Origin: an uncultured Gammaproteobacteria bacterium
GTDB taxonomy: Bacteria; Patescibacteriota; Microgenomatia; CAYQLK01
NCBI GenBank assembly: GCA_964404855.1
Contig: CAYOLO010000001.1
Location: 443,009-507,008, forward strand
Length of the DNA: 64,000 bases
Direction of reading: 5' to 3'
The notes under the pieces are model-generated. The model searched no databases and had not been told where the DNA came from. It was given only the letters and a program-made list of their open reading frames with translations. Both the position numbers and the translations under genes were made by a program. This document shows, piece by piece, positions 62,316 through 64,000 of this stretch. The stretch's first letter is position 1; each line of letters begins with the position of its first letter.

Positions 62316-62344
62316 ATTATACCCTATAGTTATATATATGTCAA
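62316..62344 (-). promoter_or_regulatory. Perfect sigma70 promoter TTGACA-N17-TATAAT
   Basis: Exact consensus hexamers and spacing. Confidence 0.85.
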
Positions 62345-62387
62345 GGGTGTTTAGTCTGGGGATTTTGGTTTAAAAAAGACCCTAGAA

Positions 62388-64000
62388 CTATTTAAAGTTA
62401 TTGGTGATTTTTGTTTTTATCTCTGTTGCCTCTTCTTTGGTAATGGTTTTTTTGCTGTCTCTAAGTTCGATTTTGAAAGTGTGAGCGATTTTGGTTTTTT
62501 TGGTAAAACCTTCAATGTAACTAATGTTTGTGATTTTTGGACTAATCTTTAATATTTTTGAAACTATTTGACCCACCTTGGTGTTGATTGGCGTTTCTAG
62601 TGTAATGTCTTCAAAGGTTGGAGGATAAGTTGGAATCGGTGTAAATGATACTTTGGGTTTGGCGACTTTAATGATGTTTATGGTGTCAATTATGGCAAAA
62701 AAACCAAGGTTATGAGATTTTTTAACCACGCCGAGTGTTACTAATTCTAATTTATTAGATAGGTATTTTACGGACTGATCCGTGTCGAACTCGCTATTTT
62801 GATTGTCGAATGAAATTGTAAATTTAATGCCAAGTCTAAAGAGAATTTGTTCAATTAGTCCTTTAAATTCTGAGACTGAGAAAGTGTTTGTAAACAAACA
62901 AAATTGCATTTTTTCTAAAGGAAGTGGAGATAATTTTTGAGAAATATAAATATTGGCCAGTTCGAACAGACTAAAGCGGGGTGTGTATTTTAGATTAAGT
63001 TCGACTGTTTGTGACATTGATGGCAGTAAACTGGGTCGCATACACATGTTTTCGCTAATAGGGTTGGTGATTTTGACGGTTTTGTTCTCTGGTGTTCCTG
63101 TTTGTTCGAGAAGTTCTTTGGAAATAATCGGGCTGTTATAGACCTCGTTAAATTTGTGCTTTATAAGGATTTTTTTAATTATTTCTTCAATTACGAATTG
63201 AGGTTGCTTGGGAGTGATTTTTTCTAATTGAGGAGGAAGCGTTGATGGTAGTTTGTGGTAGCCATAAATTCGCGCGATTTCCTCAATTAAGTCTTGCTCT
63301 ATCTCCATGTCTGCTGATCTGTGAGATGGAATTGTGCTTAGGTATTTTTTGGTGGTTTTTTGAAAGCTGGTGTTGATTTGAAGGCCGTTTAAAATCCTAA
63401 CGACGATTTTGGGACTGATTTCTATACCGAGGTATTTTTCTAAAAGTTTATGATTAAGACTAACTGTTTTGGCTTTGTTTGGTGTTGGATAAATGTCAAT
63501 TAAATCGCTAGCGATGCGACTTTTCGGTGAGAGTTTTGACAAAAGTTTAATTGATCTATCAAGAACCTTGATTGACTGTTCGGAATCAATGCCTTTTTCA
63601 AAAAGTGTGGCGGCTTGAGTGCGGTGAGCAAGTTTGAGTGAAGTTGATCTAATTCTTTTGGGGTTATAAACGGCTGAAGTTAATAAAATTCTTGTGGTTT
63701 GTGAGGTAATTTGAGAATTTTCTCCACCCATAATGCCAGCTAAATCAATGATTCTTTTGGTGTCGCGAATAATGATTGAGCCAACTGGTAGTGAGTGTTC
63801 TTTACCATCAAGTGTTGTCATTTTTTCTCCATTTCGACTTAGTTCGACACTGGCAGTTTGGCCAACAATAGAGTCGTAGTCAAAAGCGTGCATTGGTTGG
63901 CCAGTTTCTATCATAATGTAATTGGTAAGGTCTACTAGATTGTTGATTGGTCTTATTCCGACGTTTTCTAGTCGTTTAGCTATTTTGAGTGGAGATTTTT
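62388..64000 (-). CDS. pheT: Phenylalanine--tRNA ligase beta subunit (5' end outside window)
   Basis: GQPMHAFD, LAGIMGG, DLIEEIARIYGY, MRPSLLPS. Confidence 0.94.
   Translation of the reverse strand, partial: KSPLKIAKRLENVGIRPINNLVDLTNYIMIETGQPMHAFDYDSIVGQTASVELSRNGEKMTTLDGKEHSLPVGSIIIRDTKRIIDLAGIMGGENSQITSQTTRILLTSAVYNPKRIRSTSLKLAHRTQAATLFEKGIDSEQSIKVLDRSIKLLSKLSPKSRIASDLIDIYPTPNKAKTVSLNHKLLEKYLGIEISPKIVVRILNGLQINTSFQKTTKKYLSTIPSHRSADMEIEQDLIEEIARIYGYHKLPSTLPPQLEKITPKQPQFVIEEIIKKILIKHKFNEVYNSPIISKELLEQTGTPENKTVKITNPISENMCMRPSLLPSMSQTVELNLKYTPRFSLFELANIYISQKLSPLPLEKMQFCLFTNTFSVSEFKGLIEQILFRLGIKFTISFDNQNSEFDTDQSVKYLSNKLELVTLGVVKKSHNLGFFAIIDTINIIKVAKPKVSFTPIPTYPPTFEDITLETPINTKVGQIVSKILKISPKITNISYIEGFTKKTKIAHTFKIELRDSKKTITKEEATEIKTKITNNFK

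Overview
Core chromosome of a small-genome, low-GC bacterium, very probably Patescibacteria/CPR of the Microgenomates/WWE3 type. This is inferred from gene content: a type IV pilus cluster without pilP/pilQ, rpsP-KH-trmD without rimM, rpmF-nusB-acp-rnc without fab genes, and a CPR-like Xer. Genetic code 11. The window holds housekeeping genes (rarA, ychF, rpsF-ssb-rpsR, prfA, hisS, dnaB, efp, lgt-lspA, ruvC, xer, gyrBA, trmD, rnc, nusB, recG, tyrS, PBP1A, pheT), tRNA-Leu(CAA) and an 11-kb type IV pilus locus. Main observations: (1) two GC-rich, hairpin-dense minus-strand transcription units (~790 nt at 33132-33923 and ~650 nt at 61660-62309), each with an exact TTGACA-N17-TATAAT promoter and an intrinsic terminator but no credible long ORF, so candidate new large ncRNAs; (2) a two-tier expression layout in which core genes look leaderless while scattered GC-richer islet genes carry Shine-Dalgarno sites and mostly a promoter, a boxA-like leader motif and a terminator; (3) a small structured repeat with compensatory base changes, lying between duplicated rarA 3' ends that diverge mostly at synonymous sites, plus a similar 3'-end duplication at gyrB; (4) a palindromic dif-like site and half-sites next to the Xer gene with no visible GC-skew switch; (5) a major pilin that can apparently only start at ATT; (6) an ACP-like protein lacking the phosphopantetheine serine. 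All calls are by eye; no database searches were run.
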